Notes: generated by a model not told the origin, from the sequence alone. 64,000 nucleotides of DNA from Candidatus Hodarchaeota archaeon (GCA_048887225.1 JBHLJY010000005.1:160656-224655), one strand, 5' to 3'. Positions 9,850 to 20,674 are shown, numbered from the stretch's first letter. A program made the numbers and translations.

Positions 9850-10938
9850 ATGAACAGAATTATCTTACATTGTGATTTAGATTGTTTTTTTGCTGCTGTC
9901 GAGATAAGAGATAATCCTAAATTGAAAGGAAAATCCGTTATTATTGGCGCAGATCCGAAAGGTGGAAAAGGTAGAGGAGTAATATCAACTTGTTCTTACG
10001 AAGCAAGAAAATTTGGACTTCATTCAGGAATGTCAATATCCCAAGCGTACCAAAGATGCCCCCATGGTATTTATTTGAGACCTAATTTTAAGAGATATAT
10101 CAGTGCATCAAAAAAAGTTATGCAGATAATCAGTAAATATTCTGAGAATTTCCAACAAGTTGGAAATGATGAAGCTTATCTTGATCTGACAGAGATTTGT
10201 TCGGATTTTAACGAGGTTAAACAAATTGCTGAACAAATCCAAAAAGAAATTTCTGAAAAAGTAGGAATAACGATTTCTATAGGATGCGCCCCGACAAAAT
10301 CATTGGCGAAGATTGCCTCTGACTTTAATAAGCCGAATGGGATTACGATATTTAAACCAGAAAACTTTAAAGAATATATAAGAAATTTAGATATAATTCA
10401 TATTCCTGGAATAGGAAAGAAATTAAAAGTATATTACAATAAAAAAGGATTAAAGAACATAGGGGATATTATAAATACACCATTACCAAAAATGATTGAA
10501 TTATTTGGTAAACATGGTAAATGGGTGTGGGATATAGCACAAGGCATTGATGGAAGATCGGTTAAAAACTTTCACGAAACAAGGAAATCTGTTAGTTCAG
10601 AGAGAACTTTTTTCGAAGATACAGATGATTTTGATTTTCTTTTATCAAAATTTAAGGTTATTAATGAAAGAATTCATAAGTCAATCGTTAAAGATAATAT
10701 ATCATATAAAACAATTACTTTAAAAATAAGATTTGAAGGATTCAAAACTTTCACACGTTCTAAAACGCTTCCTTTTCCAATCCAGAATAAAGATAAAGTA
10801 ATGGGGATTATATTAGATTTATATAAAGAATTTTCAAAAAATAATAAAAAAGTTCGTCTTGTAGGAATCAAGTTATCTAACTTAGAAAAAAATTTGAAAA
10901 CTAAACAGAAAACACTAATAGATTACGCTAAAATTTAA
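9850..10938 (+). CDS. dinB: DNA polymerase IV (Y family)
   Basis: HCDLDCFFAAVE, CSYEARKFG, DEAYLD, AKIASDFNKPNG; C-terminal PIP-like QKTLIDY. Confidence 0.95.
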   Translation: MNRIILHCDLDCFFAAVEIRDNPKLKGKSVIIGADPKGGKGRGVISTCSYEARKFGLHSGMSISQAYQRCPHGIYLRPNFKRYISASKKVMQIISKYSENFQQVGNDEAYLDLTEICSDFNEVKQIAEQIQKEISEKVGITISIGCAPTKSLAKIASDFNKPNGITIFKPENFKEYIRNLDIIHIPGIGKKLKVYYNKKGLKNIGDIINTPLPKMIELFGKHGKWVWDIAQGIDGRSVKNFHETRKSVSSERTFFEDTDDFDFLLSKFKVINERIHKSIVKDNISYKTITLKIRFEGFKTFTRSKTLPFPIQNKDKVMGIILDLYKEFSKNNKKVRLVGIKLSNLEKNLKTKQKTLIDYAKI

Positions 10939-10967
10939 AAAACAAACCAATTAATTAAGATTCTTGG

Positions 10968-11903
10968 TTAATTTGTTTCTATGGAAAAGAATGTTTTTCT
11001 GATTATATCAGCGACTTCTCGATGGAGAATTCCATTTGTCGTAAGAATGCCAGGGGCTCTTAATATACATTTATTGTTTTCAAATATTAAACGTTCCTCG
11101 TCGAGATCTGTTACTATACCACCTGCTTCTCTCACTAGTAAATCCCCTGCGCAATAATCCCAAGAATACGCTTCAAAACCCATAATTGGTTTAATATATA
11201 TATCATAGCTCCCATCTGCTATCATACAGAATTTAGCCATGCTATCAAGTTGAATTCTTTCAGTAATACCAGTCTTGTCAGCAAATTGAACCACCCAAGG
11301 CATATCATAATGTAATGAATGACACATACGCGCCTTTTTGATATCGTTTTGAGTACTTACATGTATGGTGTTAAAATCAGATCCTCTATAAGAAGCTTTT
11401 GCTCCTTGATATAATTCGGCACTAAAAATAGCTGAACCGTTTCCGTTATAGTTTGGTACTCCGATCACACTAATTTTTTGATCAGATTTTTCTACTAAAC
11501 AAATACCGATGGCGTACGATAAATCTTTCTGATATCCTAAAGTCCCGTCAATTGGATCTACGTTCCATTGTCGAGGAGAGGGCTTTCCCCTGTAATTTAA
11601 CATTGCCTTAAAATCTATTATGTTATCGATATTTAAATCGCGAAAACATTGTTCAATTGCCTCTTCAGCTTTATGATCAACTAAATTGAGTTCATCTTCT
11701 TCAGCAAAAATTTGATCCCTTGGAAATAATTCTTTTAATTTTGAGATTATATAGATTTGAGAGGCAAAATCAGCCATCGTTACAGTACTCTTATCATATT
11801 TCTTATATATTTCAAAGCCTGACTTTCTAAACCACTCCGTAATTTCAGAGGCCTTTTTTACAATCTCTATAGCAATAGATAATTCTTTATCATAATCTGA
11901 CAT
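10968..11903 (-). CDS. Inositol monophosphatase superfamily, 3'(2'),5'-bisphosphate nucleotidase-like
   Basis: VTMADF, AEED, VDPIDGT, LDSMAKF, WDYCAG..LVREAGG.VTD. Confidence 0.88.
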   Translation of the reverse strand: MSDYDKELSIAIEIVKKASEITEWFRKSGFEIYKKYDKSTVTMADFASQIYIISKLKELFPRDQIFAEEDELNLVDHKAEEAIEQCFRDLNIDNIIDFKAMLNYRGKPSPRQWNVDPIDGTLGYQKDLSYAIGICLVEKSDQKISVIGVPNYNGNGSAIFSAELYQGAKASYRGSDFNTIHVSTQNDIKKARMCHSLHYDMPWVVQFADKTGITERIQLDSMAKFCMIADGSYDIYIKPIMGFEAYSWDYCAGDLLVREAGGIVTDLDEERLIFENNKCILRAPGILTTNGILHREVADIIRKTFFSIETN

Positions 11904-12041
11904 TACTATATTTAATACTAAAGCGTTACATTCTTAAAATTTATATTATTAAGATATGATTAAGTCAGTATTTTACTAAAATTTTTACAGAATTAAAAAA
12001 TTTTTTTTATTTAATTTAGTTAGTTTTTCTATAAAATATAA

Positions 12042-12875
12042 TTATTGAACAACTTGAAATCGTTCGAATTGCATTGTTTTTAAGTCAATTATAACATAAA
12101 TCAAATAATCTTGATAATGGTGAGACTGTCCAGGCTGAATGCAAATTGTTTTACCTAATTTTGAATACCATTTGCCTGATACATCTGGACTTTCGTGAAT
12201 ATGACCGTGCAACGTCAATAATGGCTGGGTTTTTTTAATAAAATTAAAAATTGCTTTTGAACCAACTTTTCGACCATCATGACATACGTCAAGACTAAGA
12301 TCACTAGGTGGTGTGTGAATTATATATATGGCTTGTTCCATATTTTTTGGTTTTATTAATTGATTCATTTCCTCTTCAATAGTAGGTATTGAATCTGCAT
12401 AGGAAACCCAATCATTTAATCTTTTCCAACCATTTGTGGTAGATAATACCGGATTTCCAAATTGTTTGGGAAAAATAAAATCCTTCATATCTTTGCGTGC
12501 TCTATCTTTAAGAACAAACGGAAAATCTACCACCCAGTTCATACCTATGTATTCATAATTATCAACTGTGAAGTTTTTTTGAGCAATATTTATTATGTAA
12601 GAATATTTGTCGCAAATTTTTTGGAACATATTATCGAATATTCTTAGGTCATCATTTCCTAAATAGCAAAGGTAAAAAATCTTTCTTGAATTAAATTTTG
12701 AGAAATATTCATCAAGAAAATCAAGGATAAATTTATCTTGTTTCATTAAATTACCCATTGGTAACATGTCGCCACCATTTATTACGGTTTTAATTTTTGA
12801 AGATCTTATGACCTCAAAAATTCGCTCGTATTTCCATTGAACTCCATGCAAGTCAGTAACATATAAAAAATTCAT
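12042..12875 (-). CDS. Calcineurin-like metallophosphoesterase
   Basis: DLHG, GGD, GNDD, HTPP, HGHIHE. Confidence 0.9.
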   Translation of the reverse strand: MNFLYVTDLHGVQWKYERIFEVIRSSKIKTVINGGDMLPMGNLMKQDKFILDFLDEYFSKFNSRKIFYLCYLGNDDLRIFDNMFQKICDKYSYIINIAQKNFTVDNYEYIGMNWVVDFPFVLKDRARKDMKDFIFPKQFGNPVLSTTNGWKRLNDWVSYADSIPTIEEEMNQLIKPKNMEQAIYIIHTPPSDLSLDVCHDGRKVGSKAIFNFIKKTQPLLTLHGHIHESPDVSGKWYSKLGKTICIQPGQSHHYQDYLIYVIIDLKTMQFERFQVVQ

Positions 12876-12891
12876 AGAAATTAAATAAATT

Positions 12892-14958
12892 TTATAAGTT
12901 CAAGATTTTTTTTATCTCATTTAAGTATGTTTCCGCTGAAATTAATTCTAATTCGCTTTCTTTTTCTTTTTCTATTTTTTTTATCTTTTCGAATTTCATA
13001 TTGTACATTTTTAAAAACCAGAATAAAGAATAAATTTCGACTTTCTTATTGAATTCATTATCAATCTTATAGTTATTATAATTCATATAACCCTGCTTAA
13101 ATGAATCGTTTAATTGAGGTTTTTTTAAATAATTTAACATCCAGTAATCCATTTTAACAAAATCTAAAGCTCGCACCCCTATGCGCCAATCATCAAAATC
13201 TATTAAACCATTTATTCGAATTGTTTTTGATTCATCCTTAACGATAACATTATTTCCTTGATAATCGTTATGTAATAAAATAGGTTCGTTTTCTTCTTCA
13301 ATTAACATTGCATTTTCACTTAAATAATCGGTAATAGCCTCCGTAAATTCCATGTTATATTTTTTAGCCTCTTGAATCTCAGCTTCTAATTCCGCGCTAA
13401 ATATCTCAGGCCAATTTTTCTTTTTTTTAGTTCCTATATCAGTAATTTTTTCATAAAAAGACTCAAATTTAATTTCGTGTAATTTAGCTAACATCTCTCC
13501 TATATCATTAAAAAGATTTATAAATTTTTTTGTAGTTATACTACGGTTTTCTTTAAGATATTGTTCTATTAAGCGATAAAGTGGTTTACCATGAATATAA
13601 TCCATTATTGTGAATAGGTAAGGAACTCTTTTTTTAGTTTCATCGTAATAAATTAAGTTTGCCACTGGAACGATGGGTGGCTTTTGTTTATCAAAAAAGT
13701 GAATTCCAATCTGAGTTTTAATAATTTCTTCTATTTTTTTATAAAAACTTGGGCTATTTCCTGCTAAAAAGTGATATAATAATTTTTCTTTTAAGATATT
13801 TTCATATTTGAAAGATTTAGAGGTTCTAAATCTAAATATATATTGCGAATCTTCAAATTTTACTCTATATATCGTGTTTATTTTACTAACAAAAGGACCA
13901 ATAATTTTCTTAATCTTACCTTGTTCGCTTAAAATTGGAATATCTGAAAATAAATTAATTATTTCATCTAACCGATAAACTTCTTCTTTATTTAGGGAAT
14001 ACAATTGATAAATATACTTTTGATTTATTAAATAATTGACAGTTGCTTCAATTATATCTATACTTGTTGAATCAAGATCTTTTTGAAAATTGTCTAAAGT
14101 AATGGATAATAGATCCTTATACAGATAAAGAAAAGCATATCTTAATCCTTGAAATCGTTGTCCTTTTTCAAATTTAAAATAAATTTTATCTCTAATATCT
14201 TCTAATAATTCTTGCATTTGAATAATTTCTAAAACATTATCTTCGAGTGCGGCCTTAAATAGGTTCGCACAAATATTTACTAAATTCCCCATACTAGATA
14301 CGATTCCAGAATTTATTCTAAATTCTTTTGGAATTAATTGGAGAAAAGTAGAAAATTTAGCAACATTACTGCAAAAAACCGAAAAATTATCATTTATTAA
14401 ATTAATATAAGCTTTATAAAGGCTGATTTTGTCAGATGCGTCAATAATGCCTTTAAGATTTGGAAATTCTATTAATTTACTTAAAATTTTGGGTTCAATT
14501 TCATTACCAGCAAATTGAATGGGATTATTATATAAAAAAACAGGATTATCAAGAGTTAAAGAACTTAAAATATTTTCAAAATTAGTCCTTAATTCACTTG
14601 AACTCATTTTTTCTGATACTTGTGGTGATATGATAAAATTAAGCTTGTTGAATTTCTTTCCTAAATCTTCAATTTGATCAATAATATTATCCAGTTCATC
14701 TCCATCAACCCCAAATATAACTGGAAATTTTTTACCTGTAACATTATAAGCGTTTTTAATGAATTTTATTTGTTGATCATAAACATCTGGAAAATTCTGC
14801 TCTTTATAGGAATTAAAAAGCAAAATTGCATTAGCACCATTCAAAATAATATGTCTGAATAACACTAAATTCAATTGGGTATTAATTTCAAAGTTATTAT
14901 TGTAAAATGTAATTGATGGAACAATTACACCATTTATCGATGACATTTTATTTTGCAT
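12892..14958 (-). CDS. Fusion: degenerate DapA/NAL-family TIM barrel plus aminoglycoside-phosphotransferase-like kinase
   Basis: N-half DapA-like (VIVPSITF, FLYNNP, NLKGIIDAS); C-half LAKLH, LLHNDYQGNNV, GLIDFDD. Confidence 0.75.
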   Translation of the reverse strand: MQNKMSSINGVIVPSITFYNNNFEINTQLNLVLFRHIILNGANAILLFNSYKEQNFPDVYDQQIKFIKNAYNVTGKKFPVIFGVDGDELDNIIDQIEDLGKKFNKLNFIISPQVSEKMSSSELRTNFENILSSLTLDNPVFLYNNPIQFAGNEIEPKILSKLIEFPNLKGIIDASDKISLYKAYINLINDNFSVFCSNVAKFSTFLQLIPKEFRINSGIVSSMGNLVNICANLFKAALEDNVLEIIQMQELLEDIRDKIYFKFEKGQRFQGLRYAFLYLYKDLLSITLDNFQKDLDSTSIDIIEATVNYLINQKYIYQLYSLNKEEVYRLDEIINLFSDIPILSEQGKIKKIIGPFVSKINTIYRVKFEDSQYIFRFRTSKSFKYENILKEKLLYHFLAGNSPSFYKKIEEIIKTQIGIHFFDKQKPPIVPVANLIYYDETKKRVPYLFTIMDYIHGKPLYRLIEQYLKENRSITTKKFINLFNDIGEMLAKLHEIKFESFYEKITDIGTKKKKNWPEIFSAELEAEIQEAKKYNMEFTEAITDYLSENAMLIEEENEPILLHNDYQGNNVIVKDESKTIRINGLIDFDDWRIGVRALDFVKMDYWMLNYLKKPQLNDSFKQGYMNYNNYKIDNEFNKKVEIYSLFWFLKMYNMKFEKIKKIEKEKESELELISAETYLNEIKKILNL

Positions 14959-15151
14959 CTTTTTTAGATAAATAATATAAAGTTAAATTAGATTTCAAAT
15001 AAAATTAGTGAGAATGAGGTTTAATTATCTTTAGTGTTTTAAAATATTTTTAAATTTAATTTTATTTCTAAGAATTAAATCTTTTAATCTAGTAAATGAT
15101 AGTCTTATTAATAAACATATATCAATTATGAATTCTTGATTTATTCCAGAA

Positions 15152-15883
15152 GTGATAATAATTTATTGTAAGATCGATGGGAAAGATATTCCGTTAGTTA
15201 CAACAGGCACAAGTCCATTTATCGGTGCAGGACAATTTGGGTTTAAAGCTTATGAATGGCATCGTAAATTTTTAAATAATCCAGATGCTATGGTGGAAAT
15301 TTTAAAAGCAGGCTACCATGCTGGGGCGCGAGGAATCGAAGCAATACCTATTGGAAAAATAATGGAGGCCTCTCGTATAATGACAGAAACTCATGATGAT
15401 TATATTGTATTAGGCTCGACATCTCCAAATCGAAGTAGGGGATCCATAAAGGATCTAATTGAGGGCGGAGCTAAGTTAATATTTGTACATGGAATAGTTT
15501 CAGATTGTAAAGGGGAACATCTCTTACAGCTATTGAACGAGATTTCCTCGCAAGGTATCATACCAGGAATAGCAACACATGACCCAATTTCTACTTTAAA
15601 ATATTGCTTTGAAAACTCTATAAATGTGAAAGCTTTTTTAATCCCTTTTAATGCTAAAGGTTATATGATGGGGAACGTAGAAGAATTAGAAAGTATTGTG
15701 GATAATAATAAAGACGGCTATTGGTTTATTGGAATGAAAACTTTAGCAGCTGGAAGATTGAGTCCTACAGAAGCTTTCGAATATATATCAAAGCATAATA
15801 TTTGCTCAGTAACCATCGGAATGGTTACAACAGAAGAAGCAGAGATAACAACAAAAATCGCTTTGAAAGCATTAAGTAAATAA
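15152..15883 (+). CDS. Hypothetical TIM-barrel protein (aldo/keto reductase-like); start uncertain
   Basis: GTSPFIGAGQFG, PGIATH, GMKTLAAGRL; GTG at 15152 overlaps an AGTGA SD-like motif. Confidence 0.6.
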   Translation: MIIIYCKIDGKDIPLVTTGTSPFIGAGQFGFKAYEWHRKFLNNPDAMVEILKAGYHAGARGIEAIPIGKIMEASRIMTETHDDYIVLGSTSPNRSRGSIKDLIEGGAKLIFVHGIVSDCKGEHLLQLLNEISSQGIIPGIATHDPISTLKYCFENSINVKAFLIPFNAKGYMMGNVEELESIVDNNKDGYWFIGMKTLAAGRLSPTEAFEYISKHNICSVTIGMVTTEEAEITTKIALKALSK

Positions 15884-15926
15884 TTAATAGTATCATAATA
15901 AAAATAAAAAGAAAAGGGTTGATTTT

Positions 15927-16496
15927 ATGGAAAAAAAGAAAATTAGGCCAAGTCCTTATTTATTTCCTATGCCTACCGTATTAGTAGGTGCGAATGTGAA
16001 TGGTAAACCAAATTTTGTAACAATTGCCTTTTGTGGTAGTCTTCAATATAAACCACCAATGTTAGTAATTTCTTCTGGCAAAAATCATTTTACAAATATA
16101 GGCATAAGAGAAAATAATACTTTTAGTGTAAATATACCTTCTATAGAGATGGTTGAAGTTACTGATTATATTGGTACTAAGTCTGGAAAACAAATAGACA
16201 AGTCAAATTTATTTGAAATCTTTTATGGAGATTTGGAAAACGCACCTATGATAAGTGAAGCACCTGTCAATCATGAGTGTAAAGTAGTAAAAATTATTGA
16301 TCTAAAGGGTACTAATGATATTATTATTGGAGAAATTGTTCAAACTTATGTAAATGAAGAATGCATTACTAATGGAAAACCAGATATTCAAAAAATACAA
16401 CCAATATTATTTTCTGGCTTTGATGCTAATTATATGAAAGTGGGAGATATTTTAGCTCGAGCTTATAAAGTCGGTCGAAATTATAAAAAAGAGTAA
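15927..16496 (+). CDS. Flavin reductase-like FMN-binding (flavoredoxin-type) protein
   Basis: PMPTVLVG...GKPN, FSVNIP, GTKSG...DKS, APMI.E.PV..ECKV. Confidence 0.9.
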   Translation: MEKKKIRPSPYLFPMPTVLVGANVNGKPNFVTIAFCGSLQYKPPMLVISSGKNHFTNIGIRENNTFSVNIPSIEMVEVTDYIGTKSGKQIDKSNLFEIFYGDLENAPMISEAPVNHECKVVKIIDLKGTNDIIIGEIVQTYVNEECITNGKPDIQKIQPILFSGFDANYMKVGDILARAYKVGRNYKKE

Positions 16497-16540
16497 TTTA
16501 CTACACCTATAAAATTCGAAAGATAAAAAAGAAATTAGCT

Positions 16541-17173
16541 TTATTTAATATATTTTCTTACGACTTTCCCTCTTGGTGTTTTTTCTTCAAATAAGATAGC
16601 TTGAAATGAGTAAATTTTAGTATTTAAATCTTCCCACGCATCTTCGGGAAGCCATGCTTTTTGACATGTATTAGACAAGAAGGTAGGGACATCCCAGTTC
16701 CGATTTTGATCAACTGGGACTTGGGGAAGTAGTAGACCTCTTCTCATTCCTCTTTCCGCTATAAGTCCATCCCTTCCAATAACGATTTTTTGAAGATACT
16801 CTTTAGGATCGTTTACTTCAATTTGTTTAGGTGGTGTCAAAATAGATAACTCAATAACAATATCATCCATTTCTTTTAGCGTAACTGAGGGAAAACGAGG
16901 ATCTTCTATAGCTGAGCTAATTGAAACTTTATGAATAACATCATATAAGGGGTAAATTGGTTCTATATAGCCAATACATCCTCTCAAAGGATTACCACTA
17001 ACATTAAATTTATTTAAGGTTACAAATGCGCCATACTTATCGGCAAATTTTTGCTTGATTTCATCAGGTACAGGAATTCTTCTATCGTTTCTTAGAAAAA
17101 ATTCAATGTTTTCTCTGGTAAAATCGATAAGCATACTGCCCTCCTCTACATTAAATTTCTCCTCATCTGACAT
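16541..17173 (-). CDS. AMMECR1 domain protein
   Basis: GAFVTL, LRGCIG, DPRF, GRDGL, GLLLPQVP. Confidence 0.92.
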   Translation of the reverse strand: MSDEEKFNVEEGSMLIDFTRENIEFFLRNDRRIPVPDEIKQKFADKYGAFVTLNKFNVSGNPLRGCIGYIEPIYPLYDVIHKVSISSAIEDPRFPSVTLKEMDDIVIELSILTPPKQIEVNDPKEYLQKIVIGRDGLIAERGMRRGLLLPQVPVDQNRNWDVPTFLSNTCQKAWLPEDAWEDLNTKIYSFQAILFEEKTPRGKVVRKYIK

Positions 17174-17233
17174 TATCTTAAACCAAAAAATTTCGTTTAA
17201 TATATATAATTAAGTTGCTTGATTTTTTATATT

Positions 17234-18625
17234 TTATATGAATTTAATTATCATTCCTATTGGTTTAGAATTTTCAATATTAATTTCTATTCCTCTCAAA
17301 AATACTTTCCAAATTTGGATCTGAGACGTATAATTCTCGTAAGGGGTATATTTTGCTTTAGTTATAAAATTTTGTGGATTAATCTTTTGATTTAAAACTC
17401 GATCAACGATAATTAAATCTGCATCGTATCCTTTTCGGATAAATCCTTTATTTTTTAAATTGAATTGTTTTGCCGGATTCTCTGATGCTACCTTTACGAA
17501 TCTTTCTAAAGAAAGTTCGTATCTACTAACTTTGTCTAACATTATTAGAGGATATGTTTCAAAACCCGGAAATCCTGATGGAGCATTAAAATATTTTTTT
17601 GATTTCTCTATTAACGTATGAGGCGCATGATCCGTTCCAATAAAGTCTATATTTCCTTCTATGAGTTCATTATATAAAAATTTATGATGATCCTCATTGC
17701 GTAAAGGAGGTAAAACTTTACCATAATTATCATTACTTAGCTTAATTTTATTGGATAAAAGTAAGTGATGAGGTGTAATTTCAAATGTGATTTTTAAGGT
17801 TTTATATTGTTTTATTGCTTTTTTTATTAAGGAATAACTTTCTATACAACTTATATGACAGAAATGAATGATTGGATAGTTTTTAGAATTTAAATCATTA
17901 TCAGCAACAATTTTATAATAATTTTCAAGAATAAAATTCACGTATTCCGCTTCCATCTGACATGGATAAAGCATGTTATGTAATTCTAGTGCTGTAGAAT
18001 TTTCCAAGGTGTTTTCTTGAAGGATATTATCTTTTTTATCCTCAGATATCGGCCAATCAGGGTGAATAAAAATAGGAATTTGGAATTTTGATGATATATG
18101 AAGAATCTTTTGAACATTTAACGAGTCAGTCCAATCAACTTCATTCAAAGAATTGAGTGGATATATCTTAAACCCAATTACTCCTAAATCTATAATTTTG
18201 ATGATTTCATCGTAATTAATTTCTTTAGGAACTCCTGCTATAAAACAAACGTCTACATAAATGTTATTTTGAGCCCTATTCATCCAATTTTTAACTTGAT
18301 GGGCGGTAATTGCGGGAGGCTTTGTATTAGGCATATTAAAAACAGTTGTTATTCCAGAAAAAGCAGCGGCCTTTGTTCCCGTTAAAAATGTTTCTTTTTC
18401 GGACTGGTCCATATCACGTAAATGTGAATGGATATCGATAATTCCTGGTATAATTAATTTATTTTCGCAATCAATTTCTATTTCATCATCGTTTTGTTTA
18501 GTAATGTAATTGTAATCTTCTATGGAGGGATTAAAATTAATTGATTGAATAATTCCATTATTAATCAGGATTGCTCCTTTATGTATTATCCCCTCAGCAT
18601 ATATTTTGGCGTTTTTTAAAATCAT
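17234..18625 (-). CDS. pyrC: Dihydroorotase
   Basis: PGIIDIHSHLR, MPNTKP, EITPHHL, PPLR, TDHAPH, SENPAK. Confidence 0.88.
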   Translation of the reverse strand: MILKNAKIYAEGIIHKGAILINNGIIQSINFNPSIEDYNYITKQNDDEIEIDCENKLIIPGIIDIHSHLRDMDQSEKETFLTGTKAAAFSGITTVFNMPNTKPPAITAHQVKNWMNRAQNNIYVDVCFIAGVPKEINYDEIIKIIDLGVIGFKIYPLNSLNEVDWTDSLNVQKILHISSKFQIPIFIHPDWPISEDKKDNILQENTLENSTALELHNMLYPCQMEAEYVNFILENYYKIVADNDLNSKNYPIIHFCHISCIESYSLIKKAIKQYKTLKITFEITPHHLLLSNKIKLSNDNYGKVLPPLRNEDHHKFLYNELIEGNIDFIGTDHAPHTLIEKSKKYFNAPSGFPGFETYPLIMLDKVSRYELSLERFVKVASENPAKQFNLKNKGFIRKGYDADLIIVDRVLNQKINPQNFITKAKYTPYENYTSQIQIWKVFLRGIEINIENSKPIGMIIKFI

Positions 18626-18631
18626 ATTAAT

Positions 18632-19285
18632 TTATTTTTTCAATAGATCTAATCGAAAATTAATATACAAAAACTTATTTTCTATTCTATTAATTTTTGA
18701 AAGAGTTAAAAATTTTATATCTTTCAAATCTTTGAATGTTTGAAAAAAATTGGAATCTTCAATTATTATATTGTATGCGGGAATAATGTAGAAAAATTCA
18801 GATAGAGTATTTAAAGTTTCAAATTCATTAACCGTAAGAAAAGAATTTACTTTTCCAACATCGTTATCATTAATTAGAAAAATAGGATTGAAAAATACAA
18901 AAGATTTAAAATATTTAATGAATGATTCGTTATTGGAGAATTTCCTTACATAAATTCCTGGTGTTGATTTTTTCCAATTTTCAATATCCGAAGAATTAAA
19001 TAAGTTTACGTTGTCTATAGCTTTTCTTAATAACAATGCTTGAGAGCGCTCATCCGGACCTAAGTATTTTAATTTCTTCCCTTCAAATTTTATTAATATA
19101 CCATCATTTTGAATATATATAAACAAGTTATTCTCTTTTCTTATCGCATAGGATAGACAGAAAATTTCCCGAATACAAGAGCAAATTTCGTAAATTTCAA
19201 GAGGAATTTTTCCTATATCAATATCATTTTTATTATAATTAATGAGATTTTTAACTAATAGTAAAAAATTAACCAAATTAATCAA
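18632..19285 (-). CDS. TrmY-like (tRNA pseudouridine-54 N1-methyltransferase-related) protein, divergent
   Basis: FCLSYAIRK, LGPDERS, STPGIYV resemble the TrmY N-half; C-terminal SPOUT motifs not recognisable. Confidence 0.55.
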   Translation of the reverse strand: MINLVNFLLLVKNLINYNKNDIDIGKIPLEIYEICSCIREIFCLSYAIRKENNLFIYIQNDGILIKFEGKKLKYLGPDERSQALLLRKAIDNVNLFNSSDIENWKKSTPGIYVRKFSNNESFIKYFKSFVFFNPIFLINDNDVGKVNSFLTVNEFETLNTLSEFFYIIPAYNIIIEDSNFFQTFKDLKDIKFLTLSKINRIENKFLYINFRLDLLKK

Positions 19286-19300
19286 GAAAAGTAAGAATAG

Positions 19301-20674
19301 TTAAAATTTAAAATTTTTACTTAACTTATCCATAAACGCTGCGGCACCTTTTCCCATTCCAGGAATTTGTAATCCTTTTCCTTTTTTACGTGCTTGCATA
19401 AATCTTCGCATTAGTTTTTTCATTTGGGAGTATTGGTCGAGCATTTTATTAATTACAGCATATTCCGTGCCCGACCCTATAGCAATCCTCTTTTTCCTTG
19501 TTTTTCTAATGATTTTTGGGGATTCTTTCTCCTCCTGCGTCATTGAATCTAATACCACGCGCCATTTTTCAATGTTTCTTTCCGCGTCTTCTTTCAGTAC
19601 ATCTGGAATATTCCCTCCGCCCATCATTGCGAGTATTTCTTTGAATTTTCCTATTTTTTTAATGTTTTTCAATTGAAGGTAGAGATCTTCTAAATTAAAT
19701 TTTCCGCGCATCATTCTTTTAACCGTTTCTGGATCTGGCATAGCTTCCGCTTCTTGAACCCTTTGAACTAGCGCATCTAAATTTGGTACACCCAATAGGG
19801 TACCTACAAAACTGGTAGGTTCGAACTCTTCTATAGCTTCTATTTTTTCACCAACACCGATAAATCTGATACCGATATTTGCAGCAACACAAGCTGATAA
19901 GGCACCACCTCCTTTAGCAGTTCCATCTAATTTTGTTACAATAATCGAACCGAGATTCGTTGTTTTGGCAAATTCTTCGGCTTGATTAAAAGCTTGTTGT
20001 CCAAGTGTTCCGTCTATTACAAGAATTACTTCGTTTGGCTTTAATTTTTGTTCTAAAACCGCCATTTCTTTCATTAATTCTTTTTCTTCTTTGTGTCTCC
20101 CCGCAGTATCCACTATAATTATTTCATTTCCATCATTCATTGCTTTTTTTGTTTCTTGAATGCCAATTTTAATAGCATTTTTCTCTTTAGGATTTCCATA
20201 ACATTTAACTCCGATTTGTTTCGTCAATTGAACAAGTTGTTCATAAGCTCCAGGACGATAAGTATCAGTCGTTAATGCAGCGACATTATAGCCCTTACTT
20301 TTATAAAATTTTGCCAGTTTTCCAACCGTTGTCGTCTTACCTGACCCTTGGATACCCACAAGTAAAATTATATTTTTTTTCCCTGATTTTAACCGCATGG
20401 GAGCTTGTTTTCCACCTAAAACGCGAATGAGTTCGTCGTGAATTAACGAAATAATGAAATCTTTTCTCTTAGCTTTCTGAAGTTTCGTATTCATTGCTTC
20501 TCTCTTTATATTCTCTGTCATTTCATAGACAAGCTCAACTTTAACATCACCACTAAGTAAACTGCGCTGCAAATCTTGAATGAGGGCATTTATTGCGTCT
20601 TTATCAACTTTAGGTAAGCGCCTTATTTTTCGAATAGCATTGTCTAAAGATCTTCCAAGCTTTTCTAAAACCAT
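19301..20674 (-). CDS. srp54: Signal recognition particle 54 kDa protein
   Basis: GIQGSGKTTT, DTAGRH, TKLDGTAKGGGALS, Met-rich M domain. Confidence 0.97.
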   Translation of the reverse strand: MVLEKLGRSLDNAIRKIRRLPKVDKDAINALIQDLQRSLLSGDVKVELVYEMTENIKREAMNTKLQKAKRKDFIISLIHDELIRVLGGKQAPMRLKSGKKNIILLVGIQGSGKTTTVGKLAKFYKSKGYNVAALTTDTYRPGAYEQLVQLTKQIGVKCYGNPKEKNAIKIGIQETKKAMNDGNEIIIVDTAGRHKEEKELMKEMAVLEQKLKPNEVILVIDGTLGQQAFNQAEEFAKTTNLGSIIVTKLDGTAKGGGALSACVAANIGIRFIGVGEKIEAIEEFEPTSFVGTLLGVPNLDALVQRVQEAEAMPDPETVKRMMRGKFNLEDLYLQLKNIKKIGKFKEILAMMGGGNIPDVLKEDAERNIEKWRVVLDSMTQEEKESPKIIRKTRKKRIAIGSGTEYAVINKMLDQYSQMKKLMRRFMQARKKGKGLQIPGMGKGAAAFMDKLSKNFKF

